Part shown: positions 1 through 13,837 of the stretch, in pieces
Position numbering within the stretch: position 1 is the first letter of the stretch
Layout: each line of letters begins with the position of its first letter
Source: Botryllus schlosseri
Lineage: Eukaryota
Assembly (NCBI GenBank): GCA_051294905.1
Contig: CM119371.1
Location: 23,252,001-23,316,000, forward strand
Length of the DNA stretch: 64,000 nucleotides
Reading direction: 5' to 3'
Made by a program: the position numbers and the translations under genes
Notes under the pieces: generated by a model
Told to the model about the DNA's origin: nothing
Databases searched by the model: none
What the model saw: only the letters and a program-made list of their open reading frames with translations

Positions 1-517
1 CGGCAAATAATCCGGCTCTACTCCCAAATGAAACGATAAATTCTCGATAAGACCATGGAATGCCTCTGTGTTCTAGGTACGCTATATGCGGCATATGGAA
101 CCCAGTAATTATTGACGTGAAGAATATTGCAATGGGTCCGTAAAAGTTCACTTTATCTACCTCTTCCTCTTCGCAGTCGGGCATCCGTGTATATATATGA
201 AGCCAAAGATGAGGAATAGACTGAAAAAGTGCTTGAAGTACACTCGCAACGGTGTAATAATTTCTTGTCCGGCTTTTCCACTCTGTGACATTGTCTGCGA
301 TGGACCATACATGGGCCGAATAGAACGACAGGCCTATGATCAGGAGCCAACCGACAAACGCACTCAGCATCATAAGAACTGGAACAACAATTCTCTCCGA
401 GAAGTCATTGTTGTCCCAGTAGATGGCAGCCGTACCTAGCGCAGTTACACCGTTAACCACCATCAGAACATTGAGCAGACAGTAGCATTCCATTAGGATC
501 TCGGAGCAGCGAGGCAT
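1..517 (-). CDS. XK-related-like multi-pass membrane protein, paralogue A (3' end runs off the window)
   Basis: Not in the ORF track. Manual translation from ATG at 517 is open to the edge: MPRCSEILMECYCLLNVLMVVNGVTALGTAAIYWDNNDFSERIVVP...VLQALFQSIPHLWLHIYTRMPDCEEEEVDKVNFYGPIAIFFTSIITGFHMPHIAYLEHRGIPWSYREFIVSFGSRAGLFA. Collinear with the 25986..26906 protein. Confidence 0.9.
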   Translation of the reverse strand, partial: MPRCSEILMECYCLLNVLMVVNGVTALGTAAIYWDNNDFSERIVVPVLMMLSAFVGWLLIIGLSFYSAHVWSIADNVTEWKSRTRNYYTVASVLQALFQSIPHLWLHIYTRMPDCEEEEVDKVNFYGPIAIFFTSIITGFHMPHIAYLEHRGIPWSYREFIVSFGSRAGLFA

Positions 518-1907
518 AGTCGCCGTATTTCAGTGAATACAAACGTGGCTATTCCAGGTCAGAAGACCCCGACGAGCAAAGCGTTCGACTGTACGTAGGC
601 CTACTAGACAACTATGAAGTACGTACACCTACAATATGATATTTTAAAAACCTGTAGCAATTATATGAGCATCGACCATTCACTACCTGCAAGAATTTTT
701 CTCTTGATAAACGGCCTATTCTATTAGTCTCCACGCGCACAAACTAGCGTCTATAACAGATCTTGCACTTTCGCCAGTTTTTCCGAGATACGGCAGTGCA
801 ACTGTGACGCGGAGCAACGCCATGATCATAAATGATGTAATCAGTGATACGCGTTTGAAGTTTGGAGCAGTCCGTAAATGCCATTGACTATTTGGCATAG
901 CGGGATCTCGTCAGAGTACCGTTGATTACTACGTGGCGCATGTCTAAACTTTCTCAGCATTCACACTAATTACTGACGAATTACTAGTTCATTCACAGTT
1001 GGCTGGCAATCGGTGACCCAAACAGGGTAAAATATAATTAAATAGTTTTGGACAGGAGAGGATTACAAGCGTGACAGTAACATAATGTTAAAAGCATCCA
1101 TAACTGGATGAGAACCAAAGATTGTTATAACCCTCTGAGCAATCATATTTTCTGACCAGTTCAACAATGGCAACCAGCAAATACCGAGATCGCCCTTGAA
1201 GATGATATATTCATTGCTTTTGCATCGTTACAGCGAACGGTTCATTTGCTTGTATCTTGTTAACGTTATAAAGGCAAGAAAAAAGTGACATGCTATTGCT
1301 ACGCATTTTAACTCAGGGGAGGTAAGTTTTGGAATGGAATTGCAGGCAGTCAATTTTTATTAAACTCTTTCCACAATGTACTGTACCTAATATAGCTCAG
1401 TGATACTCGGTTTCTAATCTGGTCACTTGCTATTATCACTAGCAAGTTCGAACGTAATATATAGATATAAATATATTCACATTGCGTACGAAAATCCAAG
1501 ACAAAGATTGACTCAAAACATTTCATGACACCAGACGACAAGCTAAACGTACATTTACTGCAACCGACGTCCAACCAAACCCTTACACTTTCAAATATAT
1601 AGCATTTTTATACATAAACGAGTACGAACTCCCACTTGGCATAAGCATTCCAATCACAAACATGCTAACCAATTATATTCTGTCATTTTTCGTCACCCTG
1701 TCATTTTTCGTCACCCAAGAAAACCAATCTACCAATGACAGAAAGATTCCAACCGGTACATCTTTCTCGTGACTGAAAATGTAAGGTAACTTCGTACTTC
1801 ACTCTCTTCTACTCAATCTCCAACATCTAGATGCACGCCTCAGCATCACTCGTTCTAATCCCCCGGTCTCCGGCACTATTATTATCTTACCAAAGCCATT
1901 CCTCTAG

Positions 1908-2914
1908 AAGAAGTGAGCAAACTTTTGAGCTCGCGGGCCGTATTCAACATCTGAATCCATTCGCGGGCTGCACTATATAAAATTGCGATTATAGACCAAA
2001 ACGCAATATTGGTGTTTGATTATATAGTGAGGACATGGATATAATATATATGCTTATTCGAAACAAACCAAACAATGCTTTGATGAAATCGTACACGCAA
2101 AAGAAACAGTGGCGAGATTTCACAGGCTGGTCCACCTAAATAACCAAATTGTCAAAACTATAGAGATGAAAGCGGGTTGCACAGATTCTTAGAACAGGAT
2201 TGACATTTAAATCTGGGAGCATAGATCTGTTCATAGATATACGAATTCCACTTTTGATTCAGTTCCAGGACACACAAAGCTGACATCATCATAACCATGT
2301 TAGCTTCAAACGCGCTTCTATTGTGTGTAGATACAGAGAACGAATTTACCTACGAGACGAGCGAATCGTTTTTTTTTTATAAGATAGAGTGGCCAATCTG
2401 AAATCACACTCCGAATTAAGTCAATCTCATTTAGGATTTCTGTGATGTTTAGCAGTTGACACCTTTTAAACTGGTTATCAAACTTTTAAAGGCACTCGCC
2501 CCCCTATATAACAGCGAAAGATTTCTCTCGCCCCTTACCGTAATATCACAAAACGCAATCAGGATGCTAGCAAACCTAATGGATAGTTTGATGGCGAGGG
2601 AAGGTTACGACTTTGGGTGAGAGATTTCTAAATATGACATTCAGACTAAATAGAGATCAATAACTACGAATTGGATGTATATCGCCCGAAGCGCAAAAAT
2701 TTCTTCTGTTGAGCTCAGCTTCGCGCACACTTCAGATCCTTTCACGCCCCCAGTTTGGGAGCCACTGCCTTCGAATTATCACGGTGAAATATACTAAGAA
2801 AAAAGTCCCTGCATTAATTTGATTTTTAGTACGCATTTTATCAATACTTTTGATTGGTTTCTTTAACTCTGGCGGGCCGCATGCGACCCGCGGGCCGTAG
2901 TGTGCCCACCTCGG
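1908..2914. mobile_element. hAT (Charlie/Buster-like) MITE, same family as 37391..38453 in opposite orientation
   Basis: GCGGGCCG subterminal motifs and degenerate TIRs flanked by CTCTAG on both sides. Internal homology to 37391..38453, including the nested ~300-bp element. Confidence 0.75.
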
Positions 2915-2938
2915 CTCTAGCAACATCCAAGTACATAT

Positions 2939-4779
2939 TAGGGATGGTGTGAATGTGAGGTCTGTAAAACTCTGAAATTTGGAGGTTCACATTAACAAAC
3001 GACATATGATAGGTTCTGCACTGTGAACTCTTTTCGGTTATTACAATTTTTCACGTCATTATAACGTAGGCTTACCATACGTCCTCCCTATTTGAGAATT
3101 CTGGTTAACTACGGGGTAAAATTCGGCTGAGATACAGTAAATCAGCCCTGATGTAACGGTCCGGCGGCCATTTCTGTAGCTCGGCCGGAAAGTTGAGTTT
3201 TTTTTTCAGTTATCCCCCTGATAATGTGAAAGAAAAACTGTAATTTGTGAGTTGAGCCTGAAAATTGACCATTTTATAGTCAACAGACCATGATCATCAT
3301 TATGGAATAATATGGCATGCGTAGTCGCTAGTTATCACTTTAAAATAATGTATTAGGTTTGTAACTAGCAATATGTCGTTACGTGTCGTCATGGGTTCAA
3401 GTTCGTGTTCGCACATAACCTTTTAAACCACTGGTTTCAAAAGTGAGCGCAAGCACCCCCTTGGGGCTTTTGCGACCGTGAAGGGGGCGGTGACCATGAA
3501 ATGGGCGATTGGGAGGCACTGGCGTTAAAAGCGGGCGGTAGGGGGCGGTGAGAGCAAATGTGGGCGGTGTTAGGTTTATAAGGCAACTGTTGCGCAGTGT
3601 TGAAACGATTGATAAATAAAGCAACTAAATACACAATAAAAATCCACAACCGTTTGGGTCCGGACAATTTAAGGTCGTCCGTTCATTCATTCAGCTGTAC
3701 AGGAAAAATCCATTGTTACTTGGCAATGTTGATCCTGCCAATCAATGGGCCAATTTAGCAGTTGGCAGAATCCCTAGAACGCGTGACTCATTGCGTGCTC
3801 TGACAACTACCAAGTATTAGAGCAGTTATTGCTCACTGGAAGGTGTGATTGCTTTCAAAGAGAAAATGCCTTGCGTGAATTCAATCTCTGTTTCAAACGA
3901 CTGTTGATTTTTCACAGTGCAGCGACCGTGGCCTTCGTCACGAGAAACGATATCGCTACTACCTGACGTGTATATTTCTCAAAATTTAAAAGTAAAATAT
4001 ATTCGTTCTTAGTAATGATGAAACCTGGTTAGGCGGAAAATGGCACTGTCCGGATTTATTGATAAGCCAGTGATCATTCACCGAATTTTTGCGACACGTC
4101 AACTGTTCCAATCCCCAAGCTTGCATGAGCTACCGGTCCAGCTAGAATACCCGATTTGATGGAGAAACATAAATCAATCATATCAGAAAATTGCACGAGG
4201 ATATGCTGATTTGTGTCAGGATATATTCCAATTAGAAATTCCTTACTGCATGATCAATCCATTCCGTAAGGTTTCCGAGCATGAAATGTTTGAGGAGCTG
4301 ATTACATTTAGTGTAGAACAATTTTGAGTAAAACCCGAAGTTCAATATCTCTAAACAATTAAATTGAAGCCGGGTTGACTTTATCGTCATTGCCCCACCC
4401 CGAACATATCTGATAGAACGTGTTTTCAGCGCGGTGACAAAGTTTCTGAATCGCAGCAGAAACCAATTTGACAGTGAAAGACGTGAAGACTGAAGATTTT
4501 AGAATGAGATTGTTCTTATCAAAACTCAAACCCATTATGACGAGGATGATGATGAAAATACACCAGTTTCATCCGTCTCATTATTAGCTGTAATAATGCA
4601 CAACCGCTTTCGTTATTTATTCAGGCGTGGGCTTGGGGACGGGGGGAGGAGGGGGGTCGGGACTGGCTTTTTATTCGTTGTCCAGGGGGCGGTAGCTTAA
4701 AAAAAGTTTAAGATACACTGTTTCAAACACCATCGTTTTCACACAAACCAAAATGTCCCAGAGGTTCGCACCATCACTA
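2939..4779. mobile_element. Old hAT-like element (TIR TAGGGATGGTG), composite
   Basis: TAGGGATGGTGTGAA at left and TTCGCACCATCACTA at right. Ends are homologous to ~52215-53128. TSD poor. Confidence 0.5.
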
Positions 4780-5139
4780 GTATACGAACCATGTGCAGAA
4801 TATGATCATGGACATGGTCGGAGACGGGACATAATCTGAATTTCACGCCAATGCTTGGGAAATACGCATTAGTACCAAACACGACAGACAAAACCGATAA
4901 TGAACGAATCGATATTTCGGATTCAATCTAGAATTAACGGGGGAATTACGGAGCATCATATCCAGTGCAATCGTTAAGTAATCCCAGTTTATAATTCGGA
5001 AACCACCTGAATTAACGTTTTCTCCTAATCCCCATAAGATTATACTCAAGCACACAAGTAATGCATTTTTCCAGCATCAATTAATTGCATTTCCAATGAC
5101 AAACGCAACCCGAACGCGCCCATGTCAAACTCGGCATCG

Positions 5140-5523
5140 GCAAAATTTGGTTTTGAATAAAATAGTATTTACGGTGACCGATTCATTGTTTATTTATTAT
5201 AATTGTGCTCACCGTAAATACTATTTTAGTCAAATCCAAATTTTTCGACGGCAATAACTCCGCTTCCACTGGTTGGAATCGAACCAAATTTGGTGAGCAT
5301 CGTTTCTATAGACAGCCTAACAATTTCATGGGGTGAACAGAAAATTTTCAAATTTTTTATTATTTATTTCTATATAATAAATATAAACTTACTTCTCCTG
5401 TAGCAAAGCGGTTACTGGCTGGAATTGAACCAAATTTTGTGTGTAGGATTAAATTAGATAACCTAACAATTTTATCAAGTAGCCAGTACGATTTGAGAAA
5501 AAAGTCATTTTTGAAGAGCCCTA
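5140..5523. mobile_element. Partial copy of the MITE at 54947..55400
   Basis: Shares ACTGGTTGGAATCGAACCAAATTT repeats and right end GTCATTTTTGAAGAGCCCTA. Confidence 0.7.
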
Positions 5524-6249
5524 CCGTGAAGAGAAAAAGGACAGCTGTTAAATTATAGAAATTTACATAATCCGTAAATTAGCAAATCCATTCGTGCACC
5601 AACGACTCAGATTAATATGTTGTTACATCGTTCGAGATGGAGCAGGCGCATCGAAACGGTTAATTGCGACCGACTCCTTCCGTAGAGGTTCATTATTAAC
5701 CAGTAATGAGTGTTCTAATCAACCAATATATAAACTGACATAAATATTATTAGGGAGACATTGAGCGCAGATTCAAAACTCTAATTATATTTCCTTACAT
5801 ATAGGATAGGCCTAGGGGTCGACGTGTAGAATGGTTAGGAAAACACTCTAGCACAGTGTTTCCTAAACTTTTTAGCACTTTTACCCCTTCAGCTGTCACG
5901 ACATGTTTCTCGTACCCCCCATTCTGGATCGAAACAGCATTTTGTCAACCCACCGTCAATGGTTGGTCTTGGGCCCCCATAGGGTGTCGAAACCACTTAG
6001 GGATCTCAGCAACAGGTGACCTGTCAGCGAATGGAAATAATAATAGCGATAGTTTCACAGATATGCTGTAATGCGAGCTCTGGTGATTGCTCCTTGCTAG
6101 GGTTATCAATAGATTCCTCCATACGGGCCAGATGAAATCATCTGGCGGGCCGTGTCTGGCCTGTCAGGATTGCGTTTGACAGCCCTGCTATACAGTTAGG
6201 TGGGTGCGGCAATCTCTTTATGTGTTTTAATTAGGCCGAAACAACATTT

Positions 6250-7010
6250 TATTCGCCCCCCTTCCGCCAAAGAGCACTGATCTTGGGCCCACCATAGGCT
6301 AGTCGATGTAACTTGTTGAGAACTTACATAAAATATAACAGCCAAATTCATAAAGTATGAATTCTGTCAATAATATTGATTCTTCGATATATTGGGCTAC
6401 TATAAAATGCACCAGCAGGTTGCACATCCGGTGATTTCCAACCTTGTATGCTCGCGACCTCATTTCCCACTTGAAAATGTTCCGTGGCAAAGCTCAAAAA
6501 CTTGATAAGCTGATAACTAAAAAAAACAGCTTGCCCAAACTTGCACACGGCATAGGAAGCTGATTACGTTCAACATCATCGCGATCTCCAGATAAAGGAG
6601 GACGACCCCAAGATTTGGAGCCACTGTATGTGATTGAAGCATCCAATCGGCCTTAACCAACTCTAGGAATATACCGGTAGCTTATAATTGCGATTACAAT
6701 CAGACTTATTTCAATAAATGATGGTTATTTATATTTATTTTTATTGCATTTTTGGCGAGGGTGGTGCCTGAAGCCCATACTAATATCCTTACACGTTGCA
6801 AACTCGCGCGCGGCGCGAAGAACAATTTTGACTAGCATAAATCTGCTTCAAAATAATATTGTTTATGTTGATTTACGAAAAACTTTTGAGCCTGCATCAA
6901 GCCTTCAAAATTCCGGACATTTAGGCATATTTTAGAAATTCCTCCCAGACGCAGATTTTTCAGTGAAATATCGGACATGTCCGGGAAATTCCGGACGTAT
7001 GGCAACCCTA
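6250..7010 (-). mobile_element. hAT-like element end (TAGGGTTGCCA), homologous to 43973-44900
   Basis: Ends in CCGGACGTATGGCAACCCTA. ~750 bp of reverse-complement similarity to the 43973 copy. Confidence 0.7.
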
Positions 7011-7784
7011 GTCTACATTCATTCTGTAACTAATATTGACTGATATTGTATCTTTAATTAGTCCTACTATTATTTTTGGAGGGAAATGAACGCCCAAATT
7101 TAAAGTAAGAATGCTCTTACAGCGAAGCGCAAAGAAAATTTTCGAGTTCAAGAAATCCGACCAATATTATTTCACTTTATGTTAATTTGAAAATTAATAT
7201 AGAGCTGATTAAATAGCGTATAATTGCACTCTGCATCTCGTACCCCCTAGTTTGGTGTTTCGTACCCCCAACGGGTCCGTTGACCTCTGTTCAAGAACCG
7301 CTGCTCTAGCACAATACAATATCAAGACACGCGCTTGTAACAGCCTCAGTGGGAGAGTTCGAATCACTTCACCATTATTTACATACATTTGGTACCGATC
7401 ACCTGTTGCTATTTCCTCAACAGATAATCGTTCTTAACTATAGAATATTTTGAATTCTAGGACGCGCATGCTTTTACTTGAGCAACATAAGAGTCGCATA
7501 TCACACTCGTTTGTGCATGGGGGTCGATATATCTCTTGCAGCATGCATCTCCGACATCACGAAGCAGAAGAACCATTGCTCCTTCAATGCAATAAAAGAA
7601 TTTCAGGAATAATCTCACTACGGTTAAATAAGGCAAACAACAACCAACAACAAGAATTGCGTACTGACGTTTGTTATATATAGTTACATCGTACAAAAGG
7701 GACCTATAAATTTTACGGGAAGATACGCGATTATGATAAGGTCACTTTATAAAGCAGTTCAATATCACTAAATTTAAATATATA

Positions 7785-8772
7785 TTACGCAGTGAAACAA
7801 CGATCCCCACGAGCCACTCGAAACATAGTTACAGACACCAGCAATTGACTCATGCCCACAAAATTCACCAATTGAATCGCTTCATTGCCGACAAAACTTT
7901 CGGGAATGTATTCCAAATATGGATCATCCCACAGTAGCCACGAGAAGACGCTTTGCACCGTTTGATCCAGTGCAAAGAATACCAATTTTTAAACCAGACG
8001 ATTCCGTGCCGTCGTACGGTAGCAGCGGTGTGAAAATGCAATAAACCGCAAGAAGATATCGGTTTGTTAGCTTTGTGAACCGCTGTGTGAAAGAGTACCT
8101 ACTATCCTTTCTATCCAAGAGGTTCAACATCGCCACACGCAGTACCCAGTGTGCCGTGATGAATGCGTAAGTCCACCATCCCATAACATAACTAATTTGA
8201 ATGAAGAACGCCATTTTAGAAGCGAACAAACCAATTCTACTCACGCATGCAAACAACATATTACGGAAAGTGCATGGAAGGCCTCTGTATTTCAGGTAGA
8301 CTACGTGAGGCAACTGAAATCCAACTATAATCGACGTAAAGTAGATTGACAGCGGCAGATAAAATCGCAATCCCAGCCCATTATTCCACACAGTGTCTGG
8401 TATTCCCGTATATAAATGCAGCCAAAGCAGCGGAATTGTCTGAAGCAGTGTTTGCAACAGTTTTACAATCGCAAAACAATCACGGACTAATCTTTCCCAT
8501 TCCGCTGAGCTCATTGTCATGTACCTCATCCCGATTGAATAAGCTATCAGCCATACACATAGAAGCCAAGAGGTAGACACGATAGTTATGATAGCGGTCG
8601 GGAGGCCATTTCTCTCATATACTGGCGTGGCATTCCAGTAAAGTACGGTTGTATAGACTGCTGTTGCAGCGTCTATCAGCATCACCACAATAATCATCTG
8701 AAAATTCATGATGTTCCAGCAACAGCGAGGGAAGCGGTATATCTTCCTGAATATAATGGCGAGTATCTTCAT
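7785..8772 (-). pseudogene. XK-related-like membrane protein, paralogue B, with a single-base frameshift (pseudogene or homopolymer sequencing error)
   Basis: ORF 7924..8772 aligns to paralogues up to PLLPYDGTESS. The family C-terminus (VFFALDQTVQSVFSWLLWDDPYLEYIPESFVGNEAIQLVNFVG...RCFTA*) is in ORF 7785..7985. Removing one base from the T5 run at 7986-7990 fuses them at the paralogue spacing. Confidence 0.85.
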
Positions 8773-11000
8773 TACGTCGGTAGACTCAGATATCTTTTAT
8801 GCTATTGATTATAGAGGATTTACATTAACTGATGTCTTACGTATGTCTGTAATTTGTCGATATAGAATCATATATCATTGCGAAAATCCTATAATCGTTA
8901 AATCGGCAGGTGATCAGTCAGCATGAAACGAGGAGGTCAGGGTATCTTCATACTTCCTTCGTTCGAGCAATCGGAGAGTCGCAACGGGTCATTGTTATGG
9001 CCATCGTGTTGCGGTTACCCGATTGTTCTGAACAATGCCGATACTTCAGACTTGGAGGGCGGATTCTCGGTGGATCAGTGCCTGATCATATTTTAATTTA
9101 TATTTTTTGGAATCGGTGCAACCGTTGCTTTCGATCAAGAACATATTCAATAATTTCTGCGCTCGGGAAGATAGCTTTTAGATTGCCAGAAATCCTACAG
9201 TCGCTTACGCAAAACAATTCTCCACTCCAGCCTCAGCGAAGCGGAACGAAGCTGCAAAATCGGTCGTTGCCGTTCCATGTTTAATTTCTATAGTTGAACG
9301 AATCAATAAATAGATATCTCTATCTCTTTCTCTCTTAAATTCGATATGCATATGCGAGGTACAGATGTGAAAAACATACCATACACGTCAACCCGGCAAA
9401 ATTTCCACTCGATATTTCAAAATCAAGTTGTTTCCATTTCGGAAAACTAACCTTCCGGATTCCAACTTATGGTAGCCCTAATGTTACGTAAGTCAATCGG
9501 AATGCCTTCTACACCTTGGCTCAGCATATCCTTCGCATATCACATGCAATTTTACACATAGTGTGACGCATCTCAACCACCGTTTTACCGCAAATATGTA
9601 CATATCACTGCTTCATACAAAACTGTTCGGCGCCTTTCCGCTCCAAACTATCTGTGCCACAGCTGAGAGACGCCACACTCTGATACAACATCGTGATTAC
9701 GTGTCGCACATGTAATCGGTTGGCAATCATCGATCTTTCGTCTAAAGAATCCCTTTTCAGTCACTATGTCTTATGTCTGAGGTCGTATGCTGTGTGTTTG
9801 GAAATGAGCGATTCAGCAAGAACAGGTGATTATAATTAGACTTGTGGGCAATGGCAGTGGGGAAACAGACCCAGGTCGTCGCATACATGGCGGAGTCAGG
9901 CATACGCCGATGTTAATAATACTATTGTCAATACCGCTACGCTACTGATTTCCAACATAACCTGCTGGTTTTTGAATTTCATAGATAATGTCATATGTAG
10001 GTATTCAGATTCTAAAGCATTCAACTAAGATCTTGTGTTACTCCGTCTTCGTTAATATAATTTGCCCGGTGTCAAGCCAAGGCGCAGCTTACGACACACT
10101 GACAGCCACTTTTACCATCGAGATATTTAATAACAATCAATACGTTGCCGCAGAGGTTCTAAGTTAGGGGGTACGAACCATACCGGGCTCGTTTGTAAGG
10201 GTTATGAATGAGAGCACTAGCAATTAACACGTTTTGAGATCATGAATCCGTCTAGTTCTAGTAGGTTCAGGAACATGCTGCTTTGGCTGTCCGCTGTTTG
10301 ATATTTGAAGGTTAACCTGGATATGATTGTTGGGGTTTAGCTCACCGACTACGTTCGCTATACTAACTGCCTGGCTCGTACCAGAAAAGTCAGCAGAAAG
10401 AATCATGCGACCGACTTATTAATCTTGAGACTAATATGCTAATTTATTTATTGGAAACAAGAAAATAGTACTTTTTGTATTTACACAATAACTGAATGCT
10501 TATGTTTGCAATAATCGCTTATAGCCAAACTATGCCATTGTCGTCGTATCGCATTCGTTTTCGGATGGTCCAAATATATGTTGCATTTCGTTCCATAATT
10601 ATTTACTATAATAAATATATTATCTTTGCTGTTATCAAGATATAATGCGTAGTTGTGCGACAGCACGACCCAGGTTCGTTTTCTAACATTCAAGGGTCAT
10701 AAAAGCGCGATATTAAAAAAAAATGGTTCCACGACACGAAATGTATTGGGATCCACCACCTAAACATCTGAACAAGCCTACGAATTGCAGCCCCTAAGTG
10801 GGTGAATTTTTTTCACGATTATAACGAAACATTACTAAGATGATAGCAGGTCATTCACACACCTCGAAATCATTTCACAGACATTGGTACTTACAATCGC
10901 GATAATGTCCCGTTTTCTCCTCGTTGACGGCAATTTCCGTAACTGAGACTATCATCAAACCTGTACGTTAACCTGAAACCCACGCATGCACTCGTGGCGG

Positions 11001-12316
11001 CAGCACCGTAACTGCCGCACCCCAAACCCCCCAATTGGGGGGGGCGAGCTCGAAGGGTGCCCCAAATTATTTCGTGAATTAGCATAAATTATAGAGTATT
11101 TTTTGAAAATTTATGCAATATTTTCCAAAAATTTTCGCGCTGCGCGCGATTTAGAGTTGCCAAACATCTTGAATATTTGGTACTCTTCCCCCAAGAAAAA
11201 ACACACAAGATTTATAGAAATGGACATATCGGCGTTGGCCATTAATACGCCACTACACACCAAGATATATAACGATTTAGGACTTATTACATGCGACTCC
11301 AAGAAGTGTGCCAGAACGATCGGCAGCGCGAAAATCTTAGCCGAAACAGACTGCCCTTACGCAGACCGAAAACTTCGTTATATATACAAAATAATAGGTT
11401 TAATTGTCCATAGGCGCCTAGATGACTGGCGCCATATGTTGCTTCCTGTCTTGGCAATCTGAACCTCAGAAGACAAATACCATCCAGCAAGAAAAAATAT
11501 ATGCCTGTGAAGAAATACCAATTTGAAATCGTGTGCGTCTTTTAGTTTAGTACGTTTGAGCGATTCTATATTTTTGATATAGAAGACAGGAGGTCACGAA
11601 ATAAAATCATGTAACGAAGTCATACCAACGGGTCCGGCCGCCGGAAGATGTTTAATTATTATTTACGGGCCCTACAGTTTCCGGTAAATCTGATAACGTG
11701 AGCAGAGAGGACAAGATATTGATAGCAATATATTTGCAATTCCCGATCTTATTGACCGATTGTATCATGAATTATCGAAAATTTTCGCGCTTCGAGCTGG
11801 CTCACTAAACAGTGCAGCTAAGTTCGTGGCAAAAGCGAACACTGTGATGAGGGGGTCGGTTTATCACCCTATGAGACCCCCAAACCCAAGTTTTAGTGGG
11901 GGGGCGAGGCTGACGAAGTGCTGTTTCGTTCCTGCCAACGGGTATACGCCCGAAGATGTCTAATTATTATTGGGCGGTCCTACGTTTTAAAACATACGTC
12001 GCTCAGCTCTACCGGTAAATCTGATTACGTGAGCAGGGAGAGGATCAAAATTGATAGCAATATATATGTAATTCCCGATCATATTGCCTGATTCAATCAT
12101 GATTTTCTGAAATTTTTCGCGCTTCGCGCGTCTAGGCGGGAAAAGCTGATTCACTAAACGGACACCCAATGCAGATGTAAAATAGCGTCAAAAAGCGGCC
12201 AGCCAAAGGGGGGTCTGGGGGGGCTTCGCCCCCCAGAAGTTAGGTTTATCACCCTATGGGGGGCCCACGGCCAACGTTTTGGGGGGGGGGCGTGACGAAG
12301 TGCTGTTACGGCCCTG
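11001..12316. mobile_element. hAT-type non-autonomous element with internal tandem duplication
   Basis: TIRs CAGCACCGTAAC / GTTACGGCCCTG and perfect 8-bp TSD CGTGGCGG. A ~320-bp unit is repeated (about 11620-11935 and 11935-12310). Related copies near 16960-17900, 21120-21950, 44830-46045 and 57940-58770. Confidence 0.88.
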
Positions 12317-12895
12317 CGTGGCGGGATACATTATCAGTATATATTGGCTGAATCAGAGCAGTTACCGACGAGTCTAATCGGAGAAACCTGCATCCCGAAA
12401 CTTAGGACGGACAGATTCCCGCTAAACTAGATAGCAGTGGTCGATTTGCGCTAACTTTCTCTCAAAATAGCAAAATCGCTTGTTAGAATATCTTTGACTT
12501 TGGTACCTAATAAATACAGCGATTGCAAATATCTGCCAAAAAGATTGGATCCAGAAGTTAAAATCCGACCGAAAACACCCCAAGCCGACAGGCAATCTAT
12601 TTTTTTCACTGTATTTTGTAGGTACGCAAAATATACTGGTTTTCACTCATTCCAAACAGTTTGCATGCCCATTCATCGATTCGGATAATGCATTTTATTG
12701 CATGTCAGATACAAATTAATGCAGTACGATAAACCAACGTCACCCGAGAAAGATATCATTCAAAAATCATTTCACTACCCAATCCCATGTATCAATGCAA
12801 ATCGTTTTAGTGAATATACCTGCGAATATCACATTCTGTTAGGTGTCTACTGCATATTGATCCGAAAAGAATAGGAAGCCGTGAACAAAATTGTT

Positions 12896-13837
12896 TTATA
12901 CCCTGCCAACGTCGCTCATGAATATCGCAACGCCCAGTTGGCTCAGGCCCATGATATTCGACAGCAGAACTGTTAAGTTGTTCGGAAAATAGCTCAAGAT
13001 CTTTTCCGACGTCGCATTGTAGCTAAACAGACAAAACAAAAACATTTCAAACAAATGCTCAAATACAAAGTAAGCCATCTTCGCAATGGCAGGGCGCGTG
13101 CGATCGAACGGTAAAACAGGAGTGAACATATCGTACAAAGCGACAAACACGGTGGAGGTAGCCTTCTGAAGCCAATCGGCCACAGAATTTCCTCTATCGC
13201 GTACGTTAAACGACAATAGTATTATAATGTGAAGAAACCATTGTGTCAGAATAAATGCGACAGTATACCACCCGATTATAAACGACAATCTCGAGTAGAA
13301 ACCCATTTTAGCTGCAAATATGCCCGCCCGACAAAAGCACGCAACAAGTCTGTCCGTGACCGACACCTTCAACTTTTGTTGTTTTGTGTAAGCTTCGTAA
13401 GGCAAGTGAAGTCCGATTACTATCGAGATGAAAAATACAGACAACCACAAATAAAATGTTAATGCGCCCTCCTTCTCCGCGCCAATGCGTCGCGTTTGGT
13501 AATATAAGTGGATCCACATCTGTGGAATTGAGTGGCACGTTGTCTGCATTGATTTCTGACTTAGCAAGACATGACCTACTCCGTCTCTGCGTTCGTCGGC
13601 TGTAATACTCCCGCTACACCTCAGCTTAATCGGATAGATGACCACTAACAGCGCAGCGAACCAACCGTAAAGCATGGTTATTACGGCAATCGTAGCATCC
13701 CAATTCGGTTGTGTCCGGTCAATACGCCGGCAGAAAGACACGGTGGTGTATCCCGACACTCCAGACTCTAACACCATGAACACGATGATGATAAAATGGA
13801 AAACGCTACAGCAAGACGGAAGGCATGTGCTCCTCAT
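12896..13837 (-). CDS. XK-related-like multi-pass membrane protein, paralogue C (313 aa, most divergent intact copy)
   Basis: Intact ORF with family motifs QTTCHSIPQMWIHLY, IVIGLHLPY, CRAGIFAAKM, GWYTVAFILTQW, FTPVLPFD and multiple hydrophobic segments. Confidence 0.85.
   Translation of the reverse strand: MRSTCLPSCCSVFHFIIIVFMVLESGVSGYTTVSFCRRIDRTQPNWDATIAVITMLYGWFAALLVVIYPIKLRCSGSITADERRDGVGHVLLSQKSMQTTCHSIPQMWIHLYYQTRRIGAEKEGALTFYLWLSVFFISIVIGLHLPYEAYTKQQKLKVSVTDRLVACFCRAGIFAAKMGFYSRLSFIIGWYTVAFILTQWFLHIIILLSFNVRDRGNSVADWLQKATSTVFVALYDMFTPVLPFDRTRPAIAKMAYFVFEHLFEMFLFCLFSYNATSEKILSYFPNNLTVLLSNIMGLSQLGVAIFMSDVGRV

Noticed and set aside
7984..7994. TTTAAAA slippery heptamer as a programmed -1 frameshift
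   Set aside because: The needed correction is +1, and paralogues have no shift there.
8910..9284. 124-aa ORF and the many other 60-150 aa ORFs in the track (e.g. 11103, 25177, 39350, 41693, 45787)
   Set aside because: No recognisable motifs. Most lie in MITEs, antisense to real genes, or start at non-ATG codons.
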